Assembly (NCBI GenBank): GCA_964510965.1
Contig: CAZECX010000003.1
Span: 9,670 to 73,669 of the forward strand
Reading direction: 5' to 3'
DNA: 64,000 bases
Source of the DNA: an uncultured Nitrospina sp.
Lineage (GTDB): Bacteria; Nitrospinota; Nitrospinia; Nitrospinales; VA-1
Part shown: piece by piece, positions 18,522 through 29,041 of the stretch
Numbering within the stretch: the first letter of the stretch is position 1
How the letters are laid out: every line of letters starts with the position of its first letter
Made by a program: the position numbers and the translations under genes
Notes under the pieces: model-generated
Databases searched by the model: none
The model's input: only the letters and a program-made list of their open reading frames with translations
What the model was told of the DNA's origin: nothing

Positions 18522-19865
18522 CTAAATGTGGCAACTCGATGAAGAACCTTTTAAAAAATCATAATTCACAATAGTGACGTTTCCAGTATCATCACCTGCA
18601 GCGATTCCTATTTTTCCTAAAGAACCTAATTCAAAGGTCGCCTGATCAAAGGTGTAGGTCCAGGAGCGAAAGGGTTCCTGAAAATCGAGGTTGTCGTGAA
18701 AATATTCTCCCGACTGGGTCTTTATGGCAAAAAAGGGTTGCGGACCAAATGTTTTCTTATCACTTTCAATCTTTAAAACATTCTCCGCAAAGGACAGGCT
18801 AATCTGACAAGGAGGAGATTCTTTCATTTGTAGTGCCTGTCGAAAAGCTTCCCTTGCCTCACAATATTTAAATTTTATATTTGGAAAACGTTTTTGAGCC
18901 TTTGACAACATTTCACGCATAATTTTAATATCGGGTTTCATGTCTCTAAAATCATGATTGGTAAAAGCTAGAATTACCGAAGCCCCCGACTCAGCTTCTG
19001 AAAAAGCCTGGTCCACTTCTTTTTGACCGATTGTTCTATACCGTGCCCCAACATTCAAGCACCGTGCAATCCAGCGTCGACAATCACCTGATACCTGGTA
19101 ATCATCATGAGAAGGGTGATAGGGTTTCCAACTTTTAGGGGCCCGACGCCAATCTCCATAACGCCCATTGGCAAGATCTTTTTGTCTCAAGTCATCTTCT
19201 TCCATTCTTTGATTACTATAATCAAACGGAACAAACTGCTCCAGAAACCAATGACTATCGGGACGGGTCACATGAAATCCAGGTCGATTCACTGCTGGAA
19301 ACCAATGACGATCTATGATGTCCCGAGCTAAAATTTCATATAATCTGTTTCCCGTAGCAAAATAATGGGTAGCGCAATAATGGGCCTTTTTTGAAAAAGC
19401 CATGGGATGATAATGAAAATGCAGGCCATCTTTTTTATTTGTTACATTATTATCAATTAAAAATTTATAGTGATCAAAAATTTGATGAAATCCCATGTCT
19501 CTACGACGTGGATTTTCTGAGTACCCTATAAAATCCACACAATGCCAGTTATATATCCAACCTCCACCAAATGAGTCGGGGAGATTGTTTCGAAAATCGC
19601 TAGACATAATATCCCGAAGCATGTCATCGATTTTATCCCAGGTATCATTGTAGTTTATTAGCTTTGGACTGAAGACACGAGCCACCTCCTCCTCAAGTCC
19701 ACCTAAATCTAAAAGGCCCCTTTGGATTTTTTCTAGATTCTCTCTGGAAGGTAAGAGCTCAATATCAAAAAGCTCTTTCAAACGTTTGAAGGTTTCAGGA
19801 AGCGCTTCATAAAGCGGACCTTCGGTGTCTATACAATGAACCACATGAACGATTTTCTGGGTCAA
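18522..19865 (-). CDS. Conserved-looking hypothetical protein (possible metal-dependent carbohydrate deacetylase/hydrolase fold)
   Basis: TTG start with GGAGGG 5 nt upstream. His/Asp-rich patches (VHVVHCIDTEGP, HFHYHP, FTNHDF) suggest a metalloenzyme. No secure family assignment. Confidence 0.25.
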   Translation of the reverse strand: MTQKIVHVVHCIDTEGPLYEALPETFKRLKELFDIELLPSRENLEKIQRGLLDLGGLEEEVARVFSPKLINYNDTWDKIDDMLRDIMSSDFRNNLPDSFGGGWIYNWHCVDFIGYSENPRRRDMGFHQIFDHYKFLIDNNVTNKKDGLHFHYHPMAFSKKAHYCATHYFATGNRLYEILARDIIDRHWFPAVNRPGFHVTRPDSHWFLEQFVPFDYSNQRMEEDDLRQKDLANGRYGDWRRAPKSWKPYHPSHDDYQVSGDCRRWIARCLNVGARYRTIGQKEVDQAFSEAESGASVILAFTNHDFRDMKPDIKIMREMLSKAQKRFPNIKFKYCEAREAFRQALQMKESPPCQISLSFAENVLKIESDKKTFGPQPFFAIKTQSGEYFHDNLDFQEPFRSWTYTFDQATFELGSLGKIGIAAGDDTGNVTIVNYDFLKGSSSSCHI

Positions 19866-19978
19866 TTCACCCTCCGATTCTACGAATTAAATTTTTATAC
19901 CTACCCAAGTCCATGACACTGAGGTATCATTATTAACAGGAGTTTTTAAATCTCTACATGGCCTAATAAAAAGCCCAT

Positions 19979-21061
19979 CTAAAAATTAATTTTCTCATCC
20001 GAGGCGTAGTCTTTATTAGCTGATTTGCCAAGGAAATCCCAATACTGCATTGGAGAAACCCCATCGCCAGGCCGTTTAACCATTAAATTCTTTTGAGTCA
20101 ATGGTTCGCCTTTTTTAATCTCTTCGTTGGCGATCAGGCTCTTTCTCATGATGGGTTTATTTTTTTGTTCGCAAGGTCGGCAGGTTTTCTCTGGAGTACC
20201 CATAGCTTTTTCCACCATTCTGATATCCCGAATCATATCCGCCAATTCATCCGGCTCTAAAGAAGCCCGATGGTCAGGCCCTGGGAGATCTCGATCTAAT
20301 GTATAGTGTTTCTCAATTATGGATGCACCAAGTGCTGCAGCTGCAAGAGAAATGGAGCAACCCACCGTATGATCAGAATACCCTACTGACAAGCCAAATA
20401 ATTGACGCAGGGTTTCCATTGCACGCAAGTGAACTTCTTCATAGGGTGCCGGATATTCGGTGGTACATTGAAGCAAACTAACTTTACGCATTAAAACAGA
20501 TTTTCCTTCCGAAGACAAATAGGCCTTTTTAAATCCCTCAAGTGAAGGCACATCATTCGGTTTAGTATAGCCAAATGCCAGAACTCCTAGTGCGGTTTCA
20601 ATTTCATTGGGTTCGCACATTCCGGTAGATAAAATGATCGACTTTTGTGATTGAGCTGCCTTTAATAAAAGTGGACCATTAGTAATTTCTGCGGAAGCGA
20701 TTTTTAAAGTGGGAAGCTTTAACTTGGAAGCCAGAAAATCAACACTTGCCAAATCATAAGGTGTTGATAAAAATTCAATACCTTTCTTCTGGCAATAATG
20801 GAAAAGCTCCTTTTGGCTTTGCTCTGGCAATTCCAGTGCTTTTATCATTTCAAATTGAGAACCATCAGTACCGGTGGTTTCTTTTTGGTAATTGGCTTTT
20901 CCGGCAAATCGGCTAACAATAGACTCGGCCTTAAAGGTCTGGAATTTGACCGCGTCAGCTTTTGCTGCAATGGCAGCATCTACCAATTGTTTTGCCATTT
21001 CTAACGAACCGTTGTGGTTTACACCTGCTTCCGCTATCACATACGTCTTTGGGGGAATCAT
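19979..21061 (-). CDS. neuB: N-acetylneuraminate synthase family (NeuB/LegI/PseI-type nonulosonate synthase)
   Basis: The N-terminus TYVIAEAGVNHNGSLEMAKQLVDAAIAAKADAVKFQTF is the NeuB signature. The C-terminal part is SAF-domain-like (IKKGEPLTQKNLMVKRPGDGVSP). Which nonulosonate it makes cannot be decided. Confidence 0.85.
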   Translation of the reverse strand: MIPPKTYVIAEAGVNHNGSLEMAKQLVDAAIAAKADAVKFQTFKAESIVSRFAGKANYQKETTGTDGSQFEMIKALELPEQSQKELFHYCQKKGIEFLSTPYDLASVDFLASKLKLPTLKIASAEITNGPLLLKAAQSQKSIILSTGMCEPNEIETALGVLAFGYTKPNDVPSLEGFKKAYLSSEGKSVLMRKVSLLQCTTEYPAPYEEVHLRAMETLRQLFGLSVGYSDHTVGCSISLAAAALGASIIEKHYTLDRDLPGPDHRASLEPDELADMIRDIRMVEKAMGTPEKTCRPCEQKNKPIMRKSLIANEEIKKGEPLTQKNLMVKRPGDGVSPMQYWDFLGKSANKDYASDEKINF

Positions 21062-21258
21062 TCTGATTTTCCTAATAATTATTTAACTTTATAAAAATAC
21101 AATAAGGTGGCTAATTTTTTTTAAACCACAAATTAATTTGGCAGCCTTTAGCCTGCATCGAATTTTATATGGCCTAAGCTAAAAGTCTGAGACCCATATG
21201 GCTCAAGATAATACTCAGATTCCCAACAGGCAAAACAGTTGAGTTTACGGCCATCATT

Positions 21259-23229
21259 TCAACGCCCTTTGCGCAGTACAGACATTGCCGGGTTATCGCT
21301 AGCTATTTCAGGATAAATTAATTTCTTTAAAAGCTTTCTCAGGGAGGTTTTTTCTAAAATTAAATTCTGATTTTTAAACTTCAATAAATTAGTAAATCTC
21401 CAACTGCAGTATTCGACTAAAATTCTAAGGGAATATTTCAAACCATACTTTCGGATACAATTTCCAAAAATAAAAACGAGAATAAACGATCTGATTCTCC
21501 AAAAAAAATTAGGATAAAACAAAGCCATTTTCCCAATGGACCTAAGCGTGAGTAAAGACCAAAGGGAAGGTGATTGCCCTCCTTCGGAAAAAATCTCCTC
21601 TTCTTTTTCGTGGAGCGAATCAGTCGCGTCGCTGCTAGCTTGTGGCCTTGCAGGCGTGCCATTCAATACAAGACTTTCGTTTTGGCGTGCAGGGTCTGCA
21701 AAATAACCTGTGTCGATCGAGGGCGTTTCCTCCTGAATTATCTGGCGATGGTTTTGTCTTTGCGAATTATTAACAATCTTATTATAATTAGTTATCCCCC
21801 ATTTTTTAATATAGGAATGCCGCGTTGTATTTTGTATTTCAAAATGCCATTTTTCCAATATAAGCTTGGGGAAATTTGTGTAGTTAATAAATGTCTCTCC
21901 ATCACGAGCGTCACGATCCGAAATATGAATCAAATATTGCTCCTCTTTTTCCAAGGATTGGCCAATGTCTCCTTTTCGTCGTCCCACCTCATACAAAGGA
22001 GTTCCTGGGAGCGCCTGAGCAAAATTAATGCTTAGCGCATTAGGATCATTTTTCGGTGATTGCTCAACATAGTATGAGGTGAAGCGGATTGTTTCTTCAA
22101 TGGTCTTTAGATTTTCTCCAGGCATTCCTATAATGAGTTGTATTATGGTAAACAAATCATTTTCAGCCATCCATTTAACAGCATTGTAGTTTTGCTCTAC
22201 TTTAGTAACTTTCTCCATTACGTCCAGCATTGTCTGGCTACCGCTCTCCATACCATAATAAATGCTGACGCAACCACTTTCTTTCATTTTCCTGATCAGG
22301 TCAAAAGTAATGGTGTTTACCCGCATACCCCCAACTCTCCAAAGCAAATCCCTCTTTTTTATTTCTTCGATAAAATGGCTTAGCCATTTCCTGTCCGTGC
22401 CAAAGTTTTCATCAGCAAAATTAATGAAACCCACATTATATTTTTGGATGTAGAGATCAATTCGTTCCATCAAAATAGGAACTGGAATATAACGAATTCC
22501 CTTATCCCAGCGATGACAGAAAGTACAACGTGCCACACACCCTTTACTTCCAGGGAGAGTGGCAGTTCGCTTACCGGCTCTATGAGATTCGAAAGTCCTA
22601 GTGTCCTTAGAGAAACTGGAAGCAATTATTGGAGCCTCTTCTTTAATGGGGAAAAAAAAATCTATCTGCTCCCATTTTTCTAATATCCCGCAATCAATAT
22701 CGTAAACTTCATCTTTTGAAATTGATTCCACGAAAGGAGTTATTATTAGTTCTCCCTTTTCATCAAGGTAGGAGATTCCCTTTACTTGAGCGTAATCGCT
22801 TTTGGTTTTGGCGGTTTTCCAACAATTGGAAAAATCAACAATTGTTTTTTCCCCTTCCCCAGTGCAAATATAATCCACTCCTGTTTTATTGAGGATGATT
22901 TCAGCTGAGGCTCCCAGATTGCCACCCATCAATATCGTGGTTTGGGGTGACCATTTCTTGATATCAACTGAAAGCTTTTTTACAAACGAGTACGCTGTGG
23001 AAACCACAGCACTGATTCCCAATATGTCGGGTTTTCTCTCTTTTATATGGGAAATTGCATCCTCATATTCAGGGCGTAGATAATCTATATTGTAAAACTC
23101 TACATTCTGATAACCAGCCTTGTTCAATGCGGTGATTATCGACAAACTGCCTAGGGGTGGGAAATCTGTCGGCACAGGACGAATGGGAGTCGTAATGATT
23201 AGTATTCTGGGGTGCTTTTGACCGCTCAT
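21259..23229 (-). CDS. Cobalamin-binding-domain radical SAM protein (class B)
   Basis: N-terminal B12-type domain (RILIITTPIRP, DILGISAVVSTAY, ILMGGNLGA, TGEGEKTIVDF) and cluster motif GSKGCVARCTFCHRW. The C-terminal ~200 aa are low in complexity or hydrophobic. Confidence 0.85.
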   Translation of the reverse strand: MSGQKHPRILIITTPIRPVPTDFPPLGSLSIITALNKAGYQNVEFYNIDYLRPEYEDAISHIKERKPDILGISAVVSTAYSFVKKLSVDIKKWSPQTTILMGGNLGASAEIILNKTGVDYICTGEGEKTIVDFSNCWKTAKTKSDYAQVKGISYLDEKGELIITPFVESISKDEVYDIDCGILEKWEQIDFFFPIKEEAPIIASSFSKDTRTFESHRAGKRTATLPGSKGCVARCTFCHRWDKGIRYIPVPILMERIDLYIQKYNVGFINFADENFGTDRKWLSHFIEEIKKRDLLWRVGGMRVNTITFDLIRKMKESGCVSIYYGMESGSQTMLDVMEKVTKVEQNYNAVKWMAENDLFTIIQLIIGMPGENLKTIEETIRFTSYYVEQSPKNDPNALSINFAQALPGTPLYEVGRRKGDIGQSLEKEEQYLIHISDRDARDGETFINYTNFPKLILEKWHFEIQNTTRHSYIKKWGITNYNKIVNNSQRQNHRQIIQEETPSIDTGYFADPARQNESLVLNGTPARPQASSDATDSLHEKEEEIFSEGGQSPSLWSLLTLRSIGKMALFYPNFFWRIRSFILVFIFGNCIRKYGLKYSLRILVEYCSWRFTNLLKFKNQNLILEKTSLRKLLKKLIYPEIASDNPAMSVLRKGR

Positions 23230-23645
23230 TAAGTGTTGCCTATAAAATCGAAACTTGATATTTAGGGAATATTTTTAGTCTTTAATTATAACAATTTTTT
23301 ATAAATGTGGTCTAGAAACATACTAAATTCAGGCTTTATGCCTATATAATTAAATTTTTTGGAATTAGTCTAAGGGAAGGGTGCGAACCACTAAATTTCA
23401 TGAAAAAAAAATCAAAAAAGATTTACTGAACCTAATTTTTCTTAATTTTTATTTTATCAGATATTCAAAAATCGTGTTAAATGTTTTAAAACTTGCCTCG
23501 CCACAAACTAGTCTCTTTAATATTAATAGCTAGTTTGGGAAATCAAGATAACATCAAATAGTTTTAAAGCTTGAGATTAACTTGGAAGACACATCAAAGG
23601 TCACTGCATCATATTTTCCTCTTGGAGAATCTGGGCAAAAAATCA

Positions 23646-25715
23646 CTAATTTATTAAGGAAGAATTAAAATGATTTGCTTCGGAGAAATGGTCTGTCTCA
23701 TCCATGGAACAATGAGCAGTAGTCGGTGTCAATTGATATCTACCGCGGTACATCTGCATGATTTGGGTTAGATTGAAAACCGAAGGTTTTCCATTTATTA
23801 ACTCGAGATTGCCGACTATTCCATCGGCAGTTAAACCATCTAAACTCATACCAACATCCTTCGAGTCACCGATCTGAAAATCTTTTGGAAAATAACCACT
23901 ATCGACAAGAGCCCTTAAGGCAGGAGGTGACAGCTCAATCGAAGTAGCGTATTCTATGTCTCCGTGCAGGCACCTGAAAATAAAATTTCTTTCCGAACAT
24001 AACCTGATTATCTCATGAATAACCTGTTCAGGCTCATCTGGAAGTAAATGATTTACCTCAAATTCTAACTGACGATAATAAGCTTCATATTCTTTTGGGT
24101 TAACCATAAGGTAAGCAGTAAAAGCATAATTCAACTTTACAAATGCATCATCCCCGAAAAAATTTTCAATGTTATCGGAATCATTTAGAAATTCCTCGAC
24201 CTTTTCTACCGTTTCAAACCATTCACTGGATATCTGACTGTCCAACCATTTAAAAGTTCTGTTTAAAATCGGATGATCAGAACCATTCAATACAAGATTT
24301 GTATACAATTCTGTTATACGCACTCCCTTACTAATTAAGTAGGATACTAAAGGACGGTGATCGCCAAGAGTCAAACCACCAAAAAATAAAGCGCGAATGG
24401 CACGCAATCGAATCATCTCCTTTTCGGTCATTGTGTTTGTGGACCGAACGACCTCCTGCAACTCATAAACGAGTTCCCCTCTATAGATTCCAGAACAACC
24501 TTCAAAAAATCGATATTTAGTTTCCAGATTAAATTTCTCTCTAGATTCCTGGGTCTCCATTTCACTTCCCGGGAGTAATTGAATTTCTCCTCCAAGAATA
24601 TCATTAATGCCATAGCTCATTGCCTGATCAATAGAGTTCAAATGGCTGTCAAAAGATTCCCCTGGAAGGCCCACAAGAATGTCTGTTCTAGTAGTGTGTG
24701 TAAATTGTTTTAGTCTTGAAATTAACGAAACCAGACGCGAAGTACTGATGTTTTTTCTTTTAATGGATTCCAAAACGTTGTCATCAAGGCTTTGAAAGGC
24801 AATATAGGTATTGGTGAGATGACCAAGCACCCGCCCTATTTCGACCATATAATCCTGAGCGGATTTGGACCAATAAACCTCAATCGAAGTAAAGGTTCCT
24901 GTTTCTTCCCATACTTTTCGAATGTAACCTGCTATATCAACATCCCTCTTTAATATTCCAAAATTCGCATCTGCAAAAACCAGTTGAGGGTATTTATTTC
25001 CGAATTGAGTGACATAATCTAAATCGGCTTCGACCCGATCCATGCTGAATATTTGAATTTTACTTAAAGCAGAAATACCCCATACGCAGAAGGTGCAAGC
25101 AAATGGGCATCCGCGATTTGTTTCCATAATGGGAATGAATCCATTTTCCAGGAAAGAGTCCAAAACACCTGTTAGATAGGGGGATGGAATAAAATTGAGA
25201 TCTTTTTCCACAACATAATTTGCTGAGCCAATAATTTTTCCTTGGTAAAGTGAATACCCACAAAAATCTGGATCGGCGCATAAGATTTTTTGCCAATCTT
25301 TTTTAGAAGTGTCCCTCCATAGGATTTCGATTATTTTTGAAAAAGCCAGTTCACCCCCATACATGCAATAAACATCAACAAAGGAATATTTATTTAGAAA
25401 ACCCTCAACTCCTTTCTCATCCGTTGCAATATTAGGCCCTCCCATAACAATAGGAAGATCTGGGAAAGATTCTCTCAGTTTAAAACCCGCAAAAGCATTC
25501 AGTCTTTCATTCCAGGTATAATTGGCAAGTCCAACCAAATCCGGCGGATTATCATCGCAAGCATCCAATAACTCATCGACTGATTTGAATAATCGGTACT
25601 CAACCTGGTCTCCAAAAATTGACTTGGAGTAAGAAGCGAGGTATCCGATACCTAAAGGCACAAACTGCCTTGCAGGCAAATAGTCGTGAGCCAGATCAGC
25701 AAGATATACAATCAC
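23646..25715 (-). CDS. Cobalamin-binding-domain radical SAM protein (class B, long form)
   Basis: GTG start with AAGGA 8 nt upstream. Cluster motif ETNRGCPFACTFCVWG. Paralog of 581-2602. Confidence 0.85.
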   Translation of the reverse strand: MIVYLADLAHDYLPARQFVPLGIGYLASYSKSIFGDQVEYRLFKSVDELLDACDDNPPDLVGLANYTWNERLNAFAGFKLRESFPDLPIVMGGPNIATDEKGVEGFLNKYSFVDVYCMYGGELAFSKIIEILWRDTSKKDWQKILCADPDFCGYSLYQGKIIGSANYVVEKDLNFIPSPYLTGVLDSFLENGFIPIMETNRGCPFACTFCVWGISALSKIQIFSMDRVEADLDYVTQFGNKYPQLVFADANFGILKRDVDIAGYIRKVWEETGTFTSIEVYWSKSAQDYMVEIGRVLGHLTNTYIAFQSLDDNVLESIKRKNISTSRLVSLISRLKQFTHTTRTDILVGLPGESFDSHLNSIDQAMSYGINDILGGEIQLLPGSEMETQESREKFNLETKYRFFEGCSGIYRGELVYELQEVVRSTNTMTEKEMIRLRAIRALFFGGLTLGDHRPLVSYLISKGVRITELYTNLVLNGSDHPILNRTFKWLDSQISSEWFETVEKVEEFLNDSDNIENFFGDDAFVKLNYAFTAYLMVNPKEYEAYYRQLEFEVNHLLPDEPEQVIHEIIRLCSERNFIFRCLHGDIEYATSIELSPPALRALVDSGYFPKDFQIGDSKDVGMSLDGLTADGIVGNLELINGKPSVFNLTQIMQMYRGRYQLTPTTAHCSMDETDHFSEANHFNSSLIN

Positions 25716-25768
25716 AGATTCATCCTTATTAAATTATTAAGCATCCTGAAAAATAGAGTAAGAATCTC

Positions 25769-27418
25769 TCATACAGTTAAGCGTTCTATTTCCGAAGCTG
25801 AAAACTGTGTTTGTTGCAACGGATATGAATCCTTTGGGTTTGATCGGCACCCGCCTGCACCATCTACTAGATAAGGCATTTGACTGCCTTGAGTTTCACC
25901 CAAAAATTCTTTTTTATATATGTCTGAGTATTTTTTTAAAATTGCATTGCCTTCCTCATCATTTTTCTCTGCCAGTTCAATTTGCGGCCATTCACTTTTC
26001 GGGAAATAGCAATACATAGGCAAAGTACGAATCAACCCGTTAATTTCCTCACAACTCAAATACGGAGTCGGCATACGCAGGAGGGATTCTGAAAGAAAAT
26101 GTTTTGTGAGGATATCGGATTCAAGCCAATCATTTTTTAAAGCAACATCCCGCAACTCTGTTCCATGGTAGGGAGTAAAAATACTCACGGTCAAAGTATC
26201 ATAACCCGGTATACGACGAACCAGTTCTATGGTTTCCATCACCATTTCTCTGGTTTCTCCCGGGAATCCAACGATCAAGTTAATCGTGTATGGGATCTCA
26301 CTCTCGGAAATTACTCTGAACCAATTAATGATTTGATCATTGGACCCTCTTCTCTTTAAAATCTTGGTGCGATAAGTTTCATTTCCACATTCAATGGCAT
26401 AGGAGATACGATAGCAACCCACCTCTTTAAGCCGCTTTAGTTTTTGAGCATCACAGGTTTCAGGTCGGGTATTGAACCAAAAGGGCAATTTAAATTCTTC
26501 GTACATATCACAAAAATCATAGACCTCTTTATCTGGACGAGCCAAAAAACTATCATCAACAATGAAAAAGAATTCGGGGTCATAAAGATCAACCAATTCC
26601 CTTATCTCATCGGCAAGACCTACCATTGTTTTTCTCCTTAGAAAACTATCCAACCCTTGTTCCCTGGAAAAAACGACTTGCCCCGGAGAATTGCAATATG
26701 TGCAAGCAAAGGGACACCCGCGGTAAGTCTCTAAGGGAATGGTTTTAAAAATATTCCCTCCCATGGGACGGATAAAACGCTTCTCATCAAACAGGCTGAA
26801 ATCAGGCTGATATTGATTGATATTTACCAGAGGAGATTGAGGGTTTTTATGAATTTCACCCGCCGAGTCTCGATACCAGGTTCCTGGAATATTATGTAAA
26901 GGCTGATTTTTGCGGATTGCTTCTGCGGCCAAAACTATTGTGGTTTCTCCTTCTCCCAAACCCACAAAGTTTATCAAAGGAGATTTAAAACACTCATCCG
27001 GTGCAGCGGTGGGGAAAACTCCTCCGAGAAGAGTGGGAACATTCAAATCTTTTATACATTCCAACATGTTTAGTGACTTACAATAAACATCTTCTACTAC
27101 TGAAAATAGAATCAAGTCAGGCTGAAAACTCATAACCTTCTTTCGAAAGTCACCTAGCATATCGTCTCTAGCACTGATACCAAGGTCGTTTTCCTCGCTG
27201 AACTCTCTCACCTGTAAAAATCTTACCCGCTCTTGGGTACTTGCACCTTCATCATCTGAGTAATGAGTAGTATCAAACAAGTCAACCTTGTAGTCATTAG
27301 ATCTCAATACGCGAGTGAAAATGCCCACAGCAAGGGAAGGAACCAACATCATAGGTAAATTGGGATATACAATAAGAACCTTAATATCTGATTTGGCTCT
27401 TTCTGAATCTCTATTCAA
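25769..27418 (-). CDS. Cobalamin-binding-domain radical SAM protein (class B)
   Basis: N-terminal B12-type domain (IKVLIVYPNLP, DLILFSVVED, TLLGGVFPT, LGEGETTIV) and cluster motif ETYRGCPFACTYCNSP. It lies 53 bp upstream of 23646-25715 on the same strand. Confidence 0.85.
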   Translation of the reverse strand: MNRDSERAKSDIKVLIVYPNLPMMLVPSLAVGIFTRVLRSNDYKVDLFDTTHYSDDEGASTQERVRFLQVREFSEENDLGISARDDMLGDFRKKVMSFQPDLILFSVVEDVYCKSLNMLECIKDLNVPTLLGGVFPTAAPDECFKSPLINFVGLGEGETTIVLAAEAIRKNQPLHNIPGTWYRDSAGEIHKNPQSPLVNINQYQPDFSLFDEKRFIRPMGGNIFKTIPLETYRGCPFACTYCNSPGQVVFSREQGLDSFLRRKTMVGLADEIRELVDLYDPEFFFIVDDSFLARPDKEVYDFCDMYEEFKLPFWFNTRPETCDAQKLKRLKEVGCYRISYAIECGNETYRTKILKRRGSNDQIINWFRVISESEIPYTINLIVGFPGETREMVMETIELVRRIPGYDTLTVSIFTPYHGTELRDVALKNDWLESDILTKHFLSESLLRMPTPYLSCEEINGLIRTLPMYCYFPKSEWPQIELAEKNDEEGNAILKKYSDIYKKEFLGETQGSQMPYLVDGAGGCRSNPKDSYPLQQTQFSASEIERLTV

Positions 27419-27835
27419 TGATTTTCTCCTAACAAGCGTCCATTTTGTGCAGATCTGTATTGGAGACTTCCAAACCTATTTTTCATAATATTTACACCCC
27501 GCTAAAAACCCGGGAAAGCTTCTGCAAAGAATAATTAAAGGAGATTGCCCTTCTAAAAATGTTTGGCCGGACCGCGTCCATTTATTTACCGAAGAGTATA
27601 TAATTAAACCATCTTTTTCAAACGGATACGAGCTTTTGTTGTAATTTCAACAGGCATCTTTATGCATCGACGCACTCTTAATTTTTGCGATTATTATAAG
27701 ACACATTATATCCATGCTATATCAAAGATTTAAAACAGTTCTTGGTATTGATAAATCCATATGTATAGAACCTGAAACCACATCAATTATTGGTTTATAG
27801 GTAAATGGAGGTAAGAAGTAAGAGAAAAATGCCCA

Positions 27836-28843
27836 TTAATTATCATTTTTGAGGGGGGAATCTGGTTTTTGGCAAATCACCATCATATGAGAGCTCCATC
27901 CCGATGAGGCAACCAACTGCTGCCATTGGTCTTTCATTTTATCATCAGCCAGCTCACTAAAAACACGCCAGAAACGGTCCTTTATTTTATCTTGGCTGTT
28001 GGCAAGAATATCCATATCTAGTTTGCCGGGTGTCGTTACTTCCATAACCTCCAGGCCTATCCTACCAAGTAATATTTCTATAGATTTTGGGTTTAGAAAA
28101 TTGAGATGGTGTGGAGGAACAACAGATTTCGATTCCTCCCAAAGCACCTGAATATCTACCCCCGTACCCGAAAGAGTGGTCATTATGAACAGATCGCCAG
28201 GCATCATGATTTTTTCCAGCTGGTTCAAAAAAGCTGAAGGACTGTGAAGATGTTCAAACAATTCGAAACTAACGAATGCTTTGGCACCTGAAGGGAGACT
28301 TTCCTTATCGATATCCTCAAGAAATTTTTCCACTACTTGAAAAGATTTTTCCCGACAGACTGATGCAAAATACGGGTTTGGCTCAATCACCAAAACCGGT
28401 TGCCCCGAAAGACTTTCCATTTCACCAGCAAATAGGCCATACCCTCCACCCACATCGATGACTTTATTATGGGTCGCCTCATATTTTTGCATAGCTTCCA
28501 AAATCATTTTTGCCTTAGGTTTCCACAGTTTCTCTTTTCTTACCTCAGCTGTTTCTTTGTAAAAAGTAGTCGCCCAATACTTTGAAGACGATGATTCAAT
28601 GTAGTACTTCACAAAGTATTCAGCTTTGGGGCGCGGACTCACAAATAACGTTTGGCAATTGGGACAATGCTCATATTCAAAGCTTTGCTTATTAAATGCA
28701 AACTCTCCGTCAGAGTCACAGGCTGGGCACTTAATTCTTTCTCGCTCCACATTCGTAAAATATGTCTGCACATCTTGTTTGCAAAGGCGAAGATGCTCAG
28801 AAAATATTTTCTCAGGGCGAATATCTTCTTCTTTCATTTGCAT
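27836..28843 (-). CDS. Class I SAM-dependent methyltransferase with N-terminal Cys4 zinc-ribbon motif
   Basis: CPACDSDG...CPNCQTLF followed by motif I VIDVGGGYGLFAGEM. Same architecture as 6761-7684. Confidence 0.75.
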   Translation of the reverse strand: MQMKEEDIRPEKIFSEHLRLCKQDVQTYFTNVERERIKCPACDSDGEFAFNKQSFEYEHCPNCQTLFVSPRPKAEYFVKYYIESSSSKYWATTFYKETAEVRKEKLWKPKAKMILEAMQKYEATHNKVIDVGGGYGLFAGEMESLSGQPVLVIEPNPYFASVCREKSFQVVEKFLEDIDKESLPSGAKAFVSFELFEHLHSPSAFLNQLEKIMMPGDLFIMTTLSGTGVDIQVLWEESKSVVPPHHLNFLNPKSIEILLGRIGLEVMEVTTPGKLDMDILANSQDKIKDRFWRVFSELADDKMKDQWQQLVASSGWSSHMMVICQKPDSPLKNDN

Positions 28844-29041
28844 TCTCGTATTTAGAAATTCTTTATGCCAAACAACAATCGGGCAAATTAATTCTGGTTT
28901 TATTTTGAAAATATTTTTTTAAGGGCGACTGATCTAAATCGAGGCGCTAATATTTTTTCTTTTTATTTATGTCGCCTCGGGGAATTCAATATTTCATAAA
29001 AGGTAATTCTTCGTTGAATCCGTATTCATAAGTGCAACCGA

